Notes under the pieces: generated by a model
Database searches by the model: none
The model's input: the letters and a program-made list of their open reading frames with translations, nothing else
What the model was told of the DNA's origin: nothing
Source of the DNA: a virus
Lineage: Duplodnaviria; Caudoviricetes
Strand: one strand, 5' to 3'
Length of the DNA: 59,132 nt
IMG/VR virus record: IMGVR_UViG_3300024232_000011
Coordinates: 1-59,132 of that record
Shown: positions 27,879 through 38,500 of the stretch, piece after piece
Layout: each line of letters starts with the position of its first letter
Numbering within the stretch: the first letter of the stretch is position 1
Made by a program: the position numbers and the translations under genes

Positions 27879-28384
27879 GCGGCACCAAGATATCGGCCCT
27901 TCCAAGCGCCACGACGGTCACGCTCGCCGACATTCTGCCGGTGGTCGTGCTCGGCACGCCCAACATCACCAAGCAGGCGACGGTCGCGACGTTCGTGGCT
28001 GTGCTCAACGGGGCGACGCTAGCCGGGCCGCTGGGCGTGACGGCACCTGGCACCGTGTCGGCAGAGGTGGTGAACTTCGGGCAGTTCGCGCCCGTCGCTG
28101 GGGCAACTGGATACAGTGACCAGCCGGGTGGTGTGACCCGCCAATGGGGAACATCCATCACATCAACTGGCGGGACGGTGACGGTGACATTCCCCAAGCC
28201 GTTTTCCAGCGCGGCGTGGTCGGTCGTAGCTACGCCAAATGGGCAGCTAACGCTGAGCACGGCGATGGTGACCATTACGGGATTCCCGACCGCGACGCAG
28301 TTTGTGCTGTCCGCTGTTGATTCTCGAACTGGGAATCAGCTTCTCGGAACGACGTTTTCCTGGGAGGCGGTTGGTCCGACATGA
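27875..28384 (+). CDS. Short fibre/appendage protein
   Basis: TKISALP N-terminal domain; GYSDQPGGVTRQWG...VTFPKPFS C-terminal domain typical of fibre tips. Confidence 0.7.
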   Translation: MSGTKISALPSATTVTLADILPVVVLGTPNITKQATVATFVAVLNGATLAGPLGVTAPGTVSAEVVNFGQFAPVAGATGYSDQPGGVTRQWGTSITSTGGTVTVTFPKPFSSAAWSVVATPNGQLTLSTAMVTITGFPTATQFVLSAVDSRTGNQLLGTTFSWEAVGPT

Positions 28385-28722
28385 CGCAGACCTATTCTCC
28401 AGGGCGTCCTCTCGTTCAGGAAGACATGGCGGACGCGGACCAGCATCGCCGGCAGATCGCGCGGGTGGTCAATCTCGCCATGCGCGGGCAGACGAATAAC
28501 GGCCTGACGCTGACGCTCGATCCGGGCGTGGCCACGACGACGATCACGGACGCGCGAATCAGCCTGCAAACGGCGGTGCTGATGATGCCCGCCACGGCGA
28601 GTGCGGCCACGGAAATCGGCAACGGGACACTTTGGGTTGTACCGGTTGCGGGGTCGGCTGTGGTGCACCATGCCAATAGCGGTGTAGCGGATCGGGTCTT
28701 TGCGGTGGCGCTGGTGGGATGA
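28381..28722 (+). CDS. Putative tail structural protein
   Basis: ATGA-coupled in the tail module. Confidence 0.6.
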   Translation: MTQTYSPGRPLVQEDMADADQHRRQIARVVNLAMRGQTNNGLTLTLDPGVATTTITDARISLQTAVLMMPATASAATEIGNGTLWVVPVAGSAVVHHANSGVADRVFAVALVG

Positions 28723-28787
28723 TGAATATGTGCCGCGAAAGCAAAGGTGTGTTACGGTAAGTTCGACAAGTTTCGGAGGATAGACCG

Positions 28788-29264
28788 GTGAGTGGGTCGC
28801 TCTACGGGATGCAGGGAATGGGAAGCGGCGGTGGCGGCATGTCCCCCGCGATGGGGTCGATCCCGCCTCAGTTGATGCAACTGCTCATGCAGCACGCTGG
28901 CGGTATGGGCGGCGCGATGACGCCCGGAGCGGCGATGATGAGCGGTCCTCAGTTGGCCGCCGGAATGCAGCATCCGCAGATGCCGAATCCAACAGCGATG
29001 ATGGGGGCACCGCAGCAACCGCAGCAGATGCCCAATCAATTGTCGTCTCTGATGCAGCCAGGAGCCGGCGGCGCGCCATCGCCGATCATGGGACTGCTGG
29101 CAGCACTCAAAGGGCAGCAGAGCGGTCTGACGCCGCAGCAGCCTGCTTCAGCATTTGGCGCAAGCGGCGCGTTGCCGGCATGGCTCCAAGCGCTCCTTGG
29201 CGGCGGTGCTCCCATGCCGCAGGGCGTTGCTGGGCCAGGGGGCACGCTAGGTGGCCCGACCTGA
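28788..29264 (+). CDS. Low-complexity Met/Gly/Gln/Pro-rich protein
   Basis: Composition; TGATG-coupled to the next gene. Confidence 0.6.
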   Translation: MSGSLYGMQGMGSGGGGMSPAMGSIPPQLMQLLMQHAGGMGGAMTPGAAMMSGPQLAAGMQHPQMPNPTAMMGAPQQPQQMPNQLSSLMQPGAGGAPSPIMGLLAALKGQQSGLTPQQPASAFGASGALPAWLQALLGGGAPMPQGVAGPGGTLGGPT

Positions 29265-29698
29265 TGTTTGATGGCGCCGATACGACGGTGATGCCGTTCT
29301 TCGTGGGCGCCGATGCGTGGCCGACGTTTGCCGAGCGCGTGAAGCCGCACCTTGCGCGGATGGCGAGCGGCAGCGGCGGACGGTACGAGGCATATGACCT
29401 CATGCATGCGATCACGAGCGGTCAGATGCAGCTTTGGCTGGCGCTGGAAGGTGCCGACATTCTGTGCGCGATGATGACGCAACTCATCGTCTACCCTCGG
29501 ATGCGAGCACTGCGCTGCATTGGTGTGGTCGGGCATCGCCCGCGTCGCTGGATGCATCTGTTGGAGCGCGTTGAGCAGTGTGCTCGCGAGCACATGGGCT
29601 GCGCGATCATGGAATCGCTGCATCAGCCCGGGCATGAGCGGCTGCTTCAGACCGGCGGCTGGGTGGCATGGCACGTACTGTCGGAGAAGCGCCTGTGA
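29264..29698 (+). CDS. Putative GNAT-like virion assembly protein
   Basis: GQMQLWLA...TQLIVYP...EQCAREHMGC; position before the ejection genes. Confidence 0.55.
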   Translation: MFDGADTTVMPFFVGADAWPTFAERVKPHLARMASGSGGRYEAYDLMHAITSGQMQLWLALEGADILCAMMTQLIVYPRMRALRCIGVVGHRPRRWMHLLERVEQCAREHMGCAIMESLHQPGHERLLQTGGWVAWHVLSEKRL

Positions 29699-30741
29699 GG
29701 GGAATCAATCACGCTGACGACTTTGGGTGGTCCAACGCGCCGCGCTTCGGCGGCTCTTCCGTGCCGTCCACCACGACCAGCAACACAACGACGCAGCCGT
29801 GGTCAGGTCAGATTCCCTATCTGACTGGCGAGGCATCTCCTGGCCCTGGGCAGCCGCCTGTCCCTGGTGTTTTCCCAGCAGCGCAATCGCTCTATCAGAA
29901 TCAGGCTGGTTGGCCGCAGTACTATCCCAACAACACGTACGCCGGTCTCACGCCAGCGCAAAATGGATTTATCGGTGGGGCGGAGACTTATGGCGCGAAC
30001 ATGGGGAATAGCGGCATCAATGCCGCCAATTCCAGCCTCACGAGCATGCTCTCTCCCGGCTATACGGCCGGAACGCAGCCGGGTCTGGATGCGACCAACA
30101 AATACCTGACGAGCACGATCAACGGCGCAAATCTCGATCCATTCTCGGCGCCGGGCTTTCAGAATGTCATCAATGGCACGTTGGCGAATGTGATCCCGGC
30201 CACCTCGGCTTCGTTTATCGGCGGCGGCCGAGCGGACAGCGGTCTGGCACAAGCGGCACAGACTGCCGCGGCGACGAACGCGATAGGTTCACTCGCCAAT
30301 CAGAATTACCTTGCCGAGCAGGGTTTGCAGCAGGGAGCGGCAGCGCAGGCAGCGAACAATGCACTGACGCAGCAGGGCAATCAGATCAAGGGAGCCGCGC
30401 TCGCTCCTGGCATCGACCAAGCGCAACTGGGAGACATCAATGCGGGCTTGAGTGCCGCCGGCATGCAGCAATCTGATGTGCAAAACCAGATCAACGCATT
30501 GATGTCGCGTTGGAATTACAATCAGGCACTCCCGTTCAATATGCTTGGGCAATATCAGAACTACGTCGGGGGCACCGGTTACGGCGGCACCACAACGGGG
30601 CAGCAGACGACGCCTTACTATTCCAACACGGCGTCTAATCTGCTGGGCGCGGGAGCAGGGGCCGCTGGAATTCTCGGAGCAACTGGAGCATTTGGTGGCA
30701 GTGGGTGGCTCACCTCCCTCCTTGGTCTGGCGGCACTGTAA
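29695..30741 (+). CDS. DNA ejection/pilot protein 1
   Basis: Short leader then GGSS..TTT..PW...PYL; Gly/Ala/Gln-rich with a Gly-rich hydrophobic C-terminus. Confidence 0.7.
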   Translation: MRGINHADDFGWSNAPRFGGSSVPSTTTSNTTTQPWSGQIPYLTGEASPGPGQPPVPGVFPAAQSLYQNQAGWPQYYPNNTYAGLTPAQNGFIGGAETYGANMGNSGINAANSSLTSMLSPGYTAGTQPGLDATNKYLTSTINGANLDPFSAPGFQNVINGTLANVIPATSASFIGGGRADSGLAQAAQTAAATNAIGSLANQNYLAEQGLQQGAAAQAANNALTQQGNQIKGAALAPGIDQAQLGDINAGLSAAGMQQSDVQNQINALMSRWNYNQALPFNMLGQYQNYVGGTGYGGTTTGQQTTPYYSNTASNLLGAGAGAAGILGATGAFGGSGWLTSLLGLAAL

Positions 30742-33354
30742 ATGAGCAGCAGCATGTGGGATCCGGCGAACGGCGGTGGCATCGCTCCAGGAGTATGGGG
30801 CCTGCTCGGCATGGCTTCGGGTTTCGGCCAAGCCGCCATGCCCCAGCCCTACAAGGGCGGCGTGCCTTTCGGCGCGGCCCTTGGGATGGGCCTCGGCGGT
30901 TTCGGACAGGGCGTGCGGAACGCCTACAAGACGCAGTTGGAGCAGCAGCAGGCGCGCGGCGCGCAATTGGCGAACACGGTAGCGGCTTCGGCGTTGCCGT
31001 TGACGTTGGCTCGCAACAAGTCGCTTACGGACATCTGGAGCAATCCAGACACGTTGCGGGCCATGATGAAAGCAGCCGGCTATGGGCAAGATTCATCGGC
31101 GCCGGCGCAGGGGCCGACGCTTCCCGTACAGAATCTTCCTGCCGCGAGTGCGCTCCCTCCAACATCGCCACTACCAGGCATGTCTTCGTCGCCGGGGATG
31201 ACGAAATTGCCGGTCACTGGCATTCCAGCGCCGGCTCTGACCACGATCAAGGCACCAAGCGGCGCACCGTTTCGAGTCGCTGCAGCTGCCGCTCCGGCAT
31301 TTCAAGGTCTCTTGGGTGATCTAGAGGCGGCTGGCTATAAGGTTCGGCCAGAGGCGAGTGGTGGATATAACGATCGCTTCATCGCAGGCACTCAGACGCC
31401 ATCGAACCATGCGTTTGGCACTGCCATTGACATCAACTCGGATACCAATCCAAGGGGCGAGAAAACCGCTGCTGACATTCCTGCGCCTTTGGCCAATAAC
31501 CTTGCGCAAAAATGGGGACTGACGTGGGGCGGAAACTGGAGCGGCGCGGATCGCGATCCGATGCACTTCGAGTTGGCTTCTGCGCCAGCGGGTAGGGCAC
31601 CAAGCGCCGGACCATCTTCTGCATCTGGTCCAGATACATCCACAATCACGCCTGGGAACGCAGCGCTTTTGGCGCAGCAATACGAGGCTCGTGCCAACCA
31701 GCTTGAGGGACAGATCAACGCAGCGAAAGCGCTTCAAGCGATTGGCTTCCCGGCGCCTCTCCCACCAGGGGATCCGGCAACACTGCGGGAGGCGGCAAAG
31801 CAGTATCGTGCGGTGGCGTTGGCCGGCCCGCAATCCGGGGCAGAAGCTCAAGCCAAAGCTAACGTGCAATTAAAAACCGCAGGACCAATCGCGGCGGCGG
31901 AAGCCAACGCGAAACTCGGGCCTGATCTTGCTTCCAAGGGATTCCGTGTCGATGAGAACGGGAACCAAGTTCCGATTCCAGGGAGCGCGGCAGATCCGCT
32001 TTATATTGCCGGGCGCACCGGCGCGGAGGCCGGTGCCCGTGTTGGGCCAGAATTGGCGGCAAAAGGCTTCCGTATTGATGCTAATGGTAATCAAGTTCCG
32101 ATCCCTGGAAGTGCTGCCGACTTGGGTTATGTCACTGGCAAGGCAGGCGCCGAAAAGGGCGGCGCGCTAGCGGCGACGATGGCTGAAAAAGGCTTCATGA
32201 TCACGCCTAAGGGGGGATATGCGCCCATCCCTGGTGGTCCTGCCGACCCTGCATTTGTGGGGGCCAATGCCGCAGCAGATGCGGCAGCGAAGGCTGGCGT
32301 TACCCTCCAGACAGCGGGACCCATTGCCGGCGCGGAAGCGGCCGCCAAGTTCCCGTACACACAGGAGCGCGTTAGCCCTGGAGGTGTTCTAGCGGTCGGC
32401 GGCAAGCCAGCGTTTTCTGTCCCGCAGCGTGGAGAAGAAGTCATTACAACCGGGCCAAACACCGGGATGAAGGGACAGGTTTATCGGGATCCTATGTCTG
32501 GAACCCCGATCGTGCCGCCCGAGGGTAGTGCGGCAATTCCAGGCGTTCCGCCTGGATTTCTTCCAACCAGCCTTGCTCCTAACGTCGAGAAGCGTCTTGA
32601 AGAGATCCCAAAGACGCAAGCGGTGTTTATCCGTGATGACAAAAAGATCGTCGAAGGTGATCTGGAAAACACGATCGATAGCGTAAACCCGGTCAAGCAG
32701 CAGCTTTTCCAGCTTCGTGCCTTGGCTCCCGAGGCAGCGACGGGAGCTGGTGGCGAATGGCGTGCCGCGTTCAAGAACTGGGTGCAAACGTTTGCTCCGA
32801 ACCTGACGCAATACGTCGGCGATGCGTCTCCCTCGCAGGAGTTCAAGAAGATCGCGCTTATGGGTGCCGGAAAGCAAGAGCGTAGCGATTTGGGCGCTCG
32901 CGGCGGCTTTCGCGCGATGGAACTGTATCTCAACGCTAACCCGAACCTTGAGATGCAGCCGACCGCGAATCGCGACATGGCCAACGCTCTGCTGGTTTCC
33001 GCGCAGTACCATCGGGATTATGCGGAGGGAGCATCGCAGTTCTTCAACAAGAACTTCCGCTCTGTCATGGATCCGCAGAATCCGAAGCCGTATGAGCCGC
33101 TGACTTCGTACGATAGCGCGTTCATTAAGAAGATGACGCCGGAACTGTATTCGAATGCCATCACAGCGATCAATGGCAAGCCGTACGCGACGTGGGCAAA
33201 GGGACTCGCGCCGGATCAGATCAAGATCGTCGGCGGCATTCTCCAACGCACCGATCCGAATGCAGTTGTCGATGTTGACGGCAAGCAGCGGCCGGTGAGT
33301 GCCTTTACCTCCACGATTGGGCCGTTCGATATCGCGCCACCGGAGCGCCAATAA
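30742..33354 (+). CDS. Ejection protein with an M15-family zinc peptidase (peptidoglycan hydrolase) domain
   Basis: GGYNDR...SNHAFGTAIDIN...WGGNW....DPMHFE; three ~42-aa repeats. Confidence 0.85.
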   Translation: MSSSMWDPANGGGIAPGVWGLLGMASGFGQAAMPQPYKGGVPFGAALGMGLGGFGQGVRNAYKTQLEQQQARGAQLANTVAASALPLTLARNKSLTDIWSNPDTLRAMMKAAGYGQDSSAPAQGPTLPVQNLPAASALPPTSPLPGMSSSPGMTKLPVTGIPAPALTTIKAPSGAPFRVAAAAAPAFQGLLGDLEAAGYKVRPEASGGYNDRFIAGTQTPSNHAFGTAIDINSDTNPRGEKTAADIPAPLANNLAQKWGLTWGGNWSGADRDPMHFELASAPAGRAPSAGPSSASGPDTSTITPGNAALLAQQYEARANQLEGQINAAKALQAIGFPAPLPPGDPATLREAAKQYRAVALAGPQSGAEAQAKANVQLKTAGPIAAAEANAKLGPDLASKGFRVDENGNQVPIPGSAADPLYIAGRTGAEAGARVGPELAAKGFRIDANGNQVPIPGSAADLGYVTGKAGAEKGGALAATMAEKGFMITPKGGYAPIPGGPADPAFVGANAAADAAAKAGVTLQTAGPIAGAEAAAKFPYTQERVSPGGVLAVGGKPAFSVPQRGEEVITTGPNTGMKGQVYRDPMSGTPIVPPEGSAAIPGVPPGFLPTSLAPNVEKRLEEIPKTQAVFIRDDKKIVEGDLENTIDSVNPVKQQLFQLRALAPEAATGAGGEWRAAFKNWVQTFAPNLTQYVGDASPSQEFKKIALMGAGKQERSDLGARGGFRAMELYLNANPNLEMQPTANRDMANALLVSAQYHRDYAEGASQFFNKNFRSVMDPQNPKPYEPLTSYDSAFIKKMTPELYSNAITAINGKPYATWAKGLAPDQIKIVGGILQRTDPNAVVDVDGKQRPVSAFTSTIGPFDIAPPERQ

Positions 33355-35081
33355 TGGCAAACGACGGCGCCAGCATTCTCGGCGTGCAGGATGTTCCGCA
33401 AGGCGCGCCTCCGGCGGCGCCCCCAGCATTGCCAGGGCATGATGCACTTGGTGTGGATACGTCGCTACCTGCGGTAGAAACGGCGCCGGTATCTGCTGCG
33501 CCTGTTGGTCATGCTGTGGCCGGGCCGACCAACGCACAATCGTGGCTGCCTTCGATGAAGGATATCGGCCGCAATATCGGTACTGGCATCGTGAACGCGA
33601 TGACCGGCATTGCTGGTATGCTGCCTAACGCCGCTGCTGCGCCTGGGGCAGCAGAACTTGGCGTGAAGCCCCCGCCAACACAGGAGCAGATGCGCGACAA
33701 AGCGTTCAATGCGTTTGGCGTCACGGAATACCAACCAGCCACTTTAGGTGGTCGTATCGGGCAAAAAGTGGCTAGCAGCATCCCAGCGGCGGTTGCTCTT
33801 GGTCCCGGTGCTATCCCAGCCGTGGCCGGCGGCGCGCTCGCTGGAGCAGCAATGAGCGAGGCGGAGCCGGATCATCCGCTCTTGAGTGCGGCCGCCTCTC
33901 TTCTTGGCGGAAAGGTGGGGGCTGGTGTTGCCAACTTCGGGACTGCCGCTGCCGGGCTAAAGCCACCCGCTGGCGGGACGCTCCCGTTGGAAGACGCACA
34001 ACTCGCGCAACGCGCACAAGACCTCGGCATTCCGCTGAATATCGCGCAGGTTTCGCGCAGCCCAGCGGCTAAATATGCCTACTCGCTCACGGGGAAGATG
34101 CCGCTTTCTGGCGCGCATCCATTCGAAGAAGCGCAGCGTGGCAATTGGATCCGCGCCGTGACGAAGACGTTTGGCGAAGACTCCGACAAGGTGACGCCAG
34201 AAGTCCTCCAAGCGGCCCGTGACAGGATCGGGAATGACTTCAACGGCGTTGCCTCGCGCACATCGATCCCGATGTCCAACCAGTTCATGACCGACCTACA
34301 GAATGTCGTGAACCGGGCGCGCCTTACGATGTCTGCCGATAGCGTGAAGCCGGTCCAGAACCAGGCGATGAACATCATCGACACCGCGGCGAACAACGGT
34401 GGTGATATCGGCGGCCGTGCATACATCGACCTGACCGCGAAGGGCGGCCCGCTGGATACGATGATGCAGTCATCCGACTCTGGGCTGCGGCAAGCCGGCA
34501 TTCAACTGCGGTCGATCATTGACAATCACCTCCAAGCCAATGCGGCGCCGCAGGATCTAGCCACGCTCCAGCAGGCGCGGGCGCAGTGGAAGGCCATGAA
34601 GACGGTTGAGCCGCTAACGCTGCGGGCCGACACCCCTGGATCGGCAACGCCCTCTACAGGCGACATCAATCCTGCGGCGCTGCGGTCGGCAGTCAATCAG
34701 TCGTACAAAAATGCAGCGCTTGCGCCGCTTGGTAAGGTGCCACTCAACGATCTGGCAAAAATCGGCCAGCGCTTCCTGAAAGAACCCGGGAGCAGCGGAA
34801 CGGGCGAACGCTGGGCGCTGGGAACGATGGGCGTTGGTGCAATGGAAGCGATGCGCGAGGGCGTCAATCCTGCGCTCGCGGTAGGCGCTCCGTTGGCCGG
34901 GATCGCTGCCTCTCGTCTGACGAACAGCGTTCTCCGCAATCAGATGCTGGCGCGGCAGGCCATCGCAGCGTCACTTAACCCGAACGGTTTTCAGTTCAAC
35001 GCTCCCGCTGGCCCGCTGGCGGCTCTCCCGTTCAGTTGGGCCACCGCAAACCAACTTCGTGCGCCACCAAACACACCATGA
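33354..35081 (+). CDS. Ejection protein 3
   Basis: Ala/Gly-rich; FLKEPGSSGTGER near the C-terminus; TAATG-coupled. Confidence 0.7.
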   Translation: MANDGASILGVQDVPQGAPPAAPPALPGHDALGVDTSLPAVETAPVSAAPVGHAVAGPTNAQSWLPSMKDIGRNIGTGIVNAMTGIAGMLPNAAAAPGAAELGVKPPPTQEQMRDKAFNAFGVTEYQPATLGGRIGQKVASSIPAAVALGPGAIPAVAGGALAGAAMSEAEPDHPLLSAAASLLGGKVGAGVANFGTAAAGLKPPAGGTLPLEDAQLAQRAQDLGIPLNIAQVSRSPAAKYAYSLTGKMPLSGAHPFEEAQRGNWIRAVTKTFGEDSDKVTPEVLQAARDRIGNDFNGVASRTSIPMSNQFMTDLQNVVNRARLTMSADSVKPVQNQAMNIIDTAANNGGDIGGRAYIDLTAKGGPLDTMMQSSDSGLRQAGIQLRSIIDNHLQANAAPQDLATLQQARAQWKAMKTVEPLTLRADTPGSATPSTGDINPAALRSAVNQSYKNAALAPLGKVPLNDLAKIGQRFLKEPGSSGTGERWALGTMGVGAMEAMREGVNPALAVGAPLAGIAASRLTNSVLRNQMLARQAIAASLNPNGFQFNAPAGPLAALPFSWATANQLRAPPNTP

Positions 35082-35211
35082 GCACAAAAATGGCCAGACG
35101 CGCGATACGATGCCGAACAGATAGCAAGTCCCATGCCAATTTGGCCATGAGCCACGGCAATCCTATGAGGATGACCGCTGCCATGATGAAAAAGACGATT
35201 CCTGCGCTCAT
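35032..35211 (-). CDS. Small antisense two-TM membrane protein
   Basis: MSAGIVFFIMAAVILIGLPWLMAKLAW...LAIFVLMVCLVA spans the gap between the ejection and tail genes. Confidence 0.5.
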   Translation of the reverse strand: MSAGIVFFIMAAVILIGLPWLMAKLAWDLLSVRHRIARLAIFVLMVCLVAHEVGLRWPN

Positions 35212-35530
35212 GGGTGTGCTTGTAGCATTTTCGGCCTCAGCCGCCAACCTCGTTCCCCTCGACGTGGCAACCGTTACCACAGGCGGCACGGCGGTCGTAG
35301 CCCTGACGCAGAATCATCGCAGCGGTGGCGGCTGGATCCAGAACCCGCCGAGCGCGACCGTCAATCTGTGCATCAACGAAGTGGGCACGGCGAGCGGCAC
35401 GACTTCCAGCGGCAACACCACGTGCATCGTGCCCGGACAGAGCTACGTGCTGATCCCGAACGCCGGGCCGGTGAGTGTGATTTCGTCGGACTCTAGCCAT
35501 CCGTTCTCGGGGTATGGAATCCAGCAGTGA
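35183..35530 (+). CDS. Signal-peptide-bearing tail-module protein
   Basis: MMKKTIPALMGVLVAFSASA|A; mature part beta-rich with two Cys. Confidence 0.75.
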   Translation: MMKKTIPALMGVLVAFSASAANLVPLDVATVTTGGTAVVALTQNHRSGGGWIQNPPSATVNLCINEVGTASGTTSSGNTTCIVPGQSYVLIPNAGPVSVISSDSSHPFSGYGIQQ

Positions 35531-38500
35531 ACAAATCCTCGAATCTCCTCGTCACCACGGCGCTCGTCGCGGTCGGCACGCTAGCTGCCTTGATGCCGCC
35601 ACGGCCGGCACGCGCGCAGCAGGGGTTCAACTCCGGCGGCCTCAACACGTGTTCGATCATCTACAACCAGAACCTGCAAGCGATCTCCACGTGCTACGGC
35701 TATATCAACGGCACGCCCACGTTTTTCACCCAGCAGCCGACCGGCAGCAATCTCGCGCTTCAGTTCGATAATTTCGTTGGCCAGACCGGCCACACGCCGG
35801 CACCGATCAGCATTTCCACGTCAGGATCGGTCACGATTGCTGGCGGCATTAGCTTCGGTGGAACGATCAACGTCGGACTGCCGGGAATCCAGTGGAACCT
35901 GCCAAATCCGCACTTCACGGGACAGACGACGGCGCAGAAATCTCTGTGGGACGAGGAAGTTCCCACGATCAACGGCACGCTCGGGTGCGGTACGTTGTGC
36001 GCGCGTGCCCCAGAATATGACATCACGACGGAGAACTACAAAGATACGGTGTGGATGAACAACGGTGCATTCACCGCTGCTCACCACAACTTCTATTTCT
36101 TTGGCCCATCAGCCGGCGGCAAACTCGATTATATTCTTGATATGCGGCAGGCTGGGCCGCTGACACCTGATGTGACGACGACGAGTACCGGCGGCGTTGC
36201 GCAGAAGCAGAGTTCGATCGGCGTGCTGAACCCGTGGCTGTCGATCAATGACACGGCAGGCGGTTCCGTCGATGGCTTGGGTATCATTCGGCCGTTCGGC
36301 CTTGCATATGGCGGCAACCCAAAAGTCACGCTTTCCGGCCAAGGGCCTGGGCATGCCGGCGCCTCGATGTGGGCCGCGCTTGTCGCGAACGGGGAAGTTG
36401 ACCTAGGTATCGATCCGTCGCAAAACACGATCACAGCGACAGGCAGCGTCACGATCGGCGATACGCTGAGCATCGCCATTGGATCGACGGTCAATCCAGG
36501 CTTTGGAACCGTCACTGTTTCCACCATCGCGCAGTCCGGCGACACGATCGGGCTGCTGATGCAAAAACTTTGCGCCCAGATCAAGTTCAATACGACGTTG
36601 AACTTCAACGGCGTGGGTGCCGGATGCTTTGGCGCCACGGATACGCTCAATAGCCAACTGAAAATTTCATGGCCGCTTACGTCGCTGATCGGGACTGGCG
36701 GCAGCACCGATGTCACGATCACGCCAACCGTGACGGGTGCCGGGACGGAGGTACTCACGCTCGGAACGGCGGTTCCAGGGGCCAGCGCGCGGCTGAAAAG
36801 CGCTCAATCGATCGTGGAACTCAAAACCGACGGTTCCAATGGCTTCGGCAATGATGCCGCTTGGTATTTCAGCAAGCAATCCAATGGTGCAGGCTGGTCT
36901 TCTGGCGGCTGGCGATCGATCTGGGAAATCGGCGGCGGTGGCTCGGCTGCGTTCGACGACATCAATTCGCAGGACATCGAGCCGTCCAGTTGGCCGATGC
37001 GGTTTGATGCGGATCTCATCATGTTCGTGCCGCAAACGAATGTCTCCGGTTCGCCTGACGCGCCAGTGCAGGCCATGCAATTGCACTCCGTTGTCGATGC
37101 GCGGAACGTCGATTTCCTGACGGCTGGCGGTGGCCCCGTGCTGTCGCCAAGCTATCAGCTTTGGGGCAATGGCGATCAGACGATTGGATCCGGAACGCTA
37201 TCGCGCCTTACAGGCAGCGCGAGCGCAGCTGGGGTGGTTTTGTCCGCCAGCGGCTGGGAAGGAACCGCAGTCGTTCTCGTCAATGGCGGCGGTTCAAACT
37301 GCGGCACGGCCGATCCTACCTGCCTCCAGCACCGTTACTATAATGGCGATATCTGCCCAGATGCCGTTGGCGGTCTGTATCAGGTCGATACGACCGGCGC
37401 GACGGGCAATGTCCTGACGTTCCATCCGGTGGTCCAAGGTTCACACACCGGGTTTCCCTCCGCCGCCGCCGGCAGCGTTCCTGCGACCAACCAGCCGGTG
37501 ATCGGCTGCTCTGGAACTGGTTGGGTCAACGGAATCACGTGGACGGCTGGGAATACGGTGCGGATTGGGGGTACCGGCCAGACCGTCGATATCGAGGGTA
37601 CGCTGGCAGATCACGGCGCCGTGGTGCTTGATATTCGCGCGCTCGGGGCTGTCGGGAACGGTGGCCAATACACTAGCACGTTCTCCATCGGTGCCAGTTC
37701 CACGACACTTACGGCGACATCTCCCGTGTTCGCCAATGCCACGCCGGGAATGTTTATCGGCGTGCCTACAGCCGGAGCAAGGGGCGCGACGGGAAGCATC
37801 ACATCACTGCCGATCAGTACCCATGGATCTGGTTACACGTCGGCACCAGTCGTCACATTCTCCGGATCTCCGACCGAGGCCGCGACCGTGCTTCCCGTGA
37901 TGGGATTGGACGCTGCGACCAAGACGGCGGGGGGAACGGGCTGTCCGGCCAGCACGACGGTCACGTTCAATGTGGCAACCGTGACCGCTATCGTGCCGGT
38001 CCAGATCAGCATGGCCACAGACGGCAGTGGGAACGCTACGGGCACCCCTACGATCGTCGCTGGTCAATGGCTCAACCGCTTCCCGGCGCTCACTGGCAAT
38101 GTCGCAGTCGGTTCTTCGTGCTCCGTACAGCCGACGTTCTCCTTCGATGTGGACGTGGACCACTTCTGCGTCGGCAACACGCCGGGCACGCCGGTTGCGC
38201 AGATGTGCGTAGCGTCTGGCTATGGCTCGGGGTATCCGCTCGTGGGCACGACAGCAACACTCACTGGCGGCAGCCCATCCGTCGCGGCGACACCTGGCAC
38301 GCCTGTCGTCACGCCGTATGTCCAGACATTGGGCACGACGATTGCCACGGTGGTAAATTCGAACACGATCACGTTGTCAGCGGCTGCGACCACTGCGTCC
38401 ACGCCGTCGGTGGTGACATACGGCTCTCTCGACACGACTGCGGTGCAGAACGCGGTCAATCTGGCAAGTGCCACCGGCAAGGGAGTCTACGTTCCGAATT

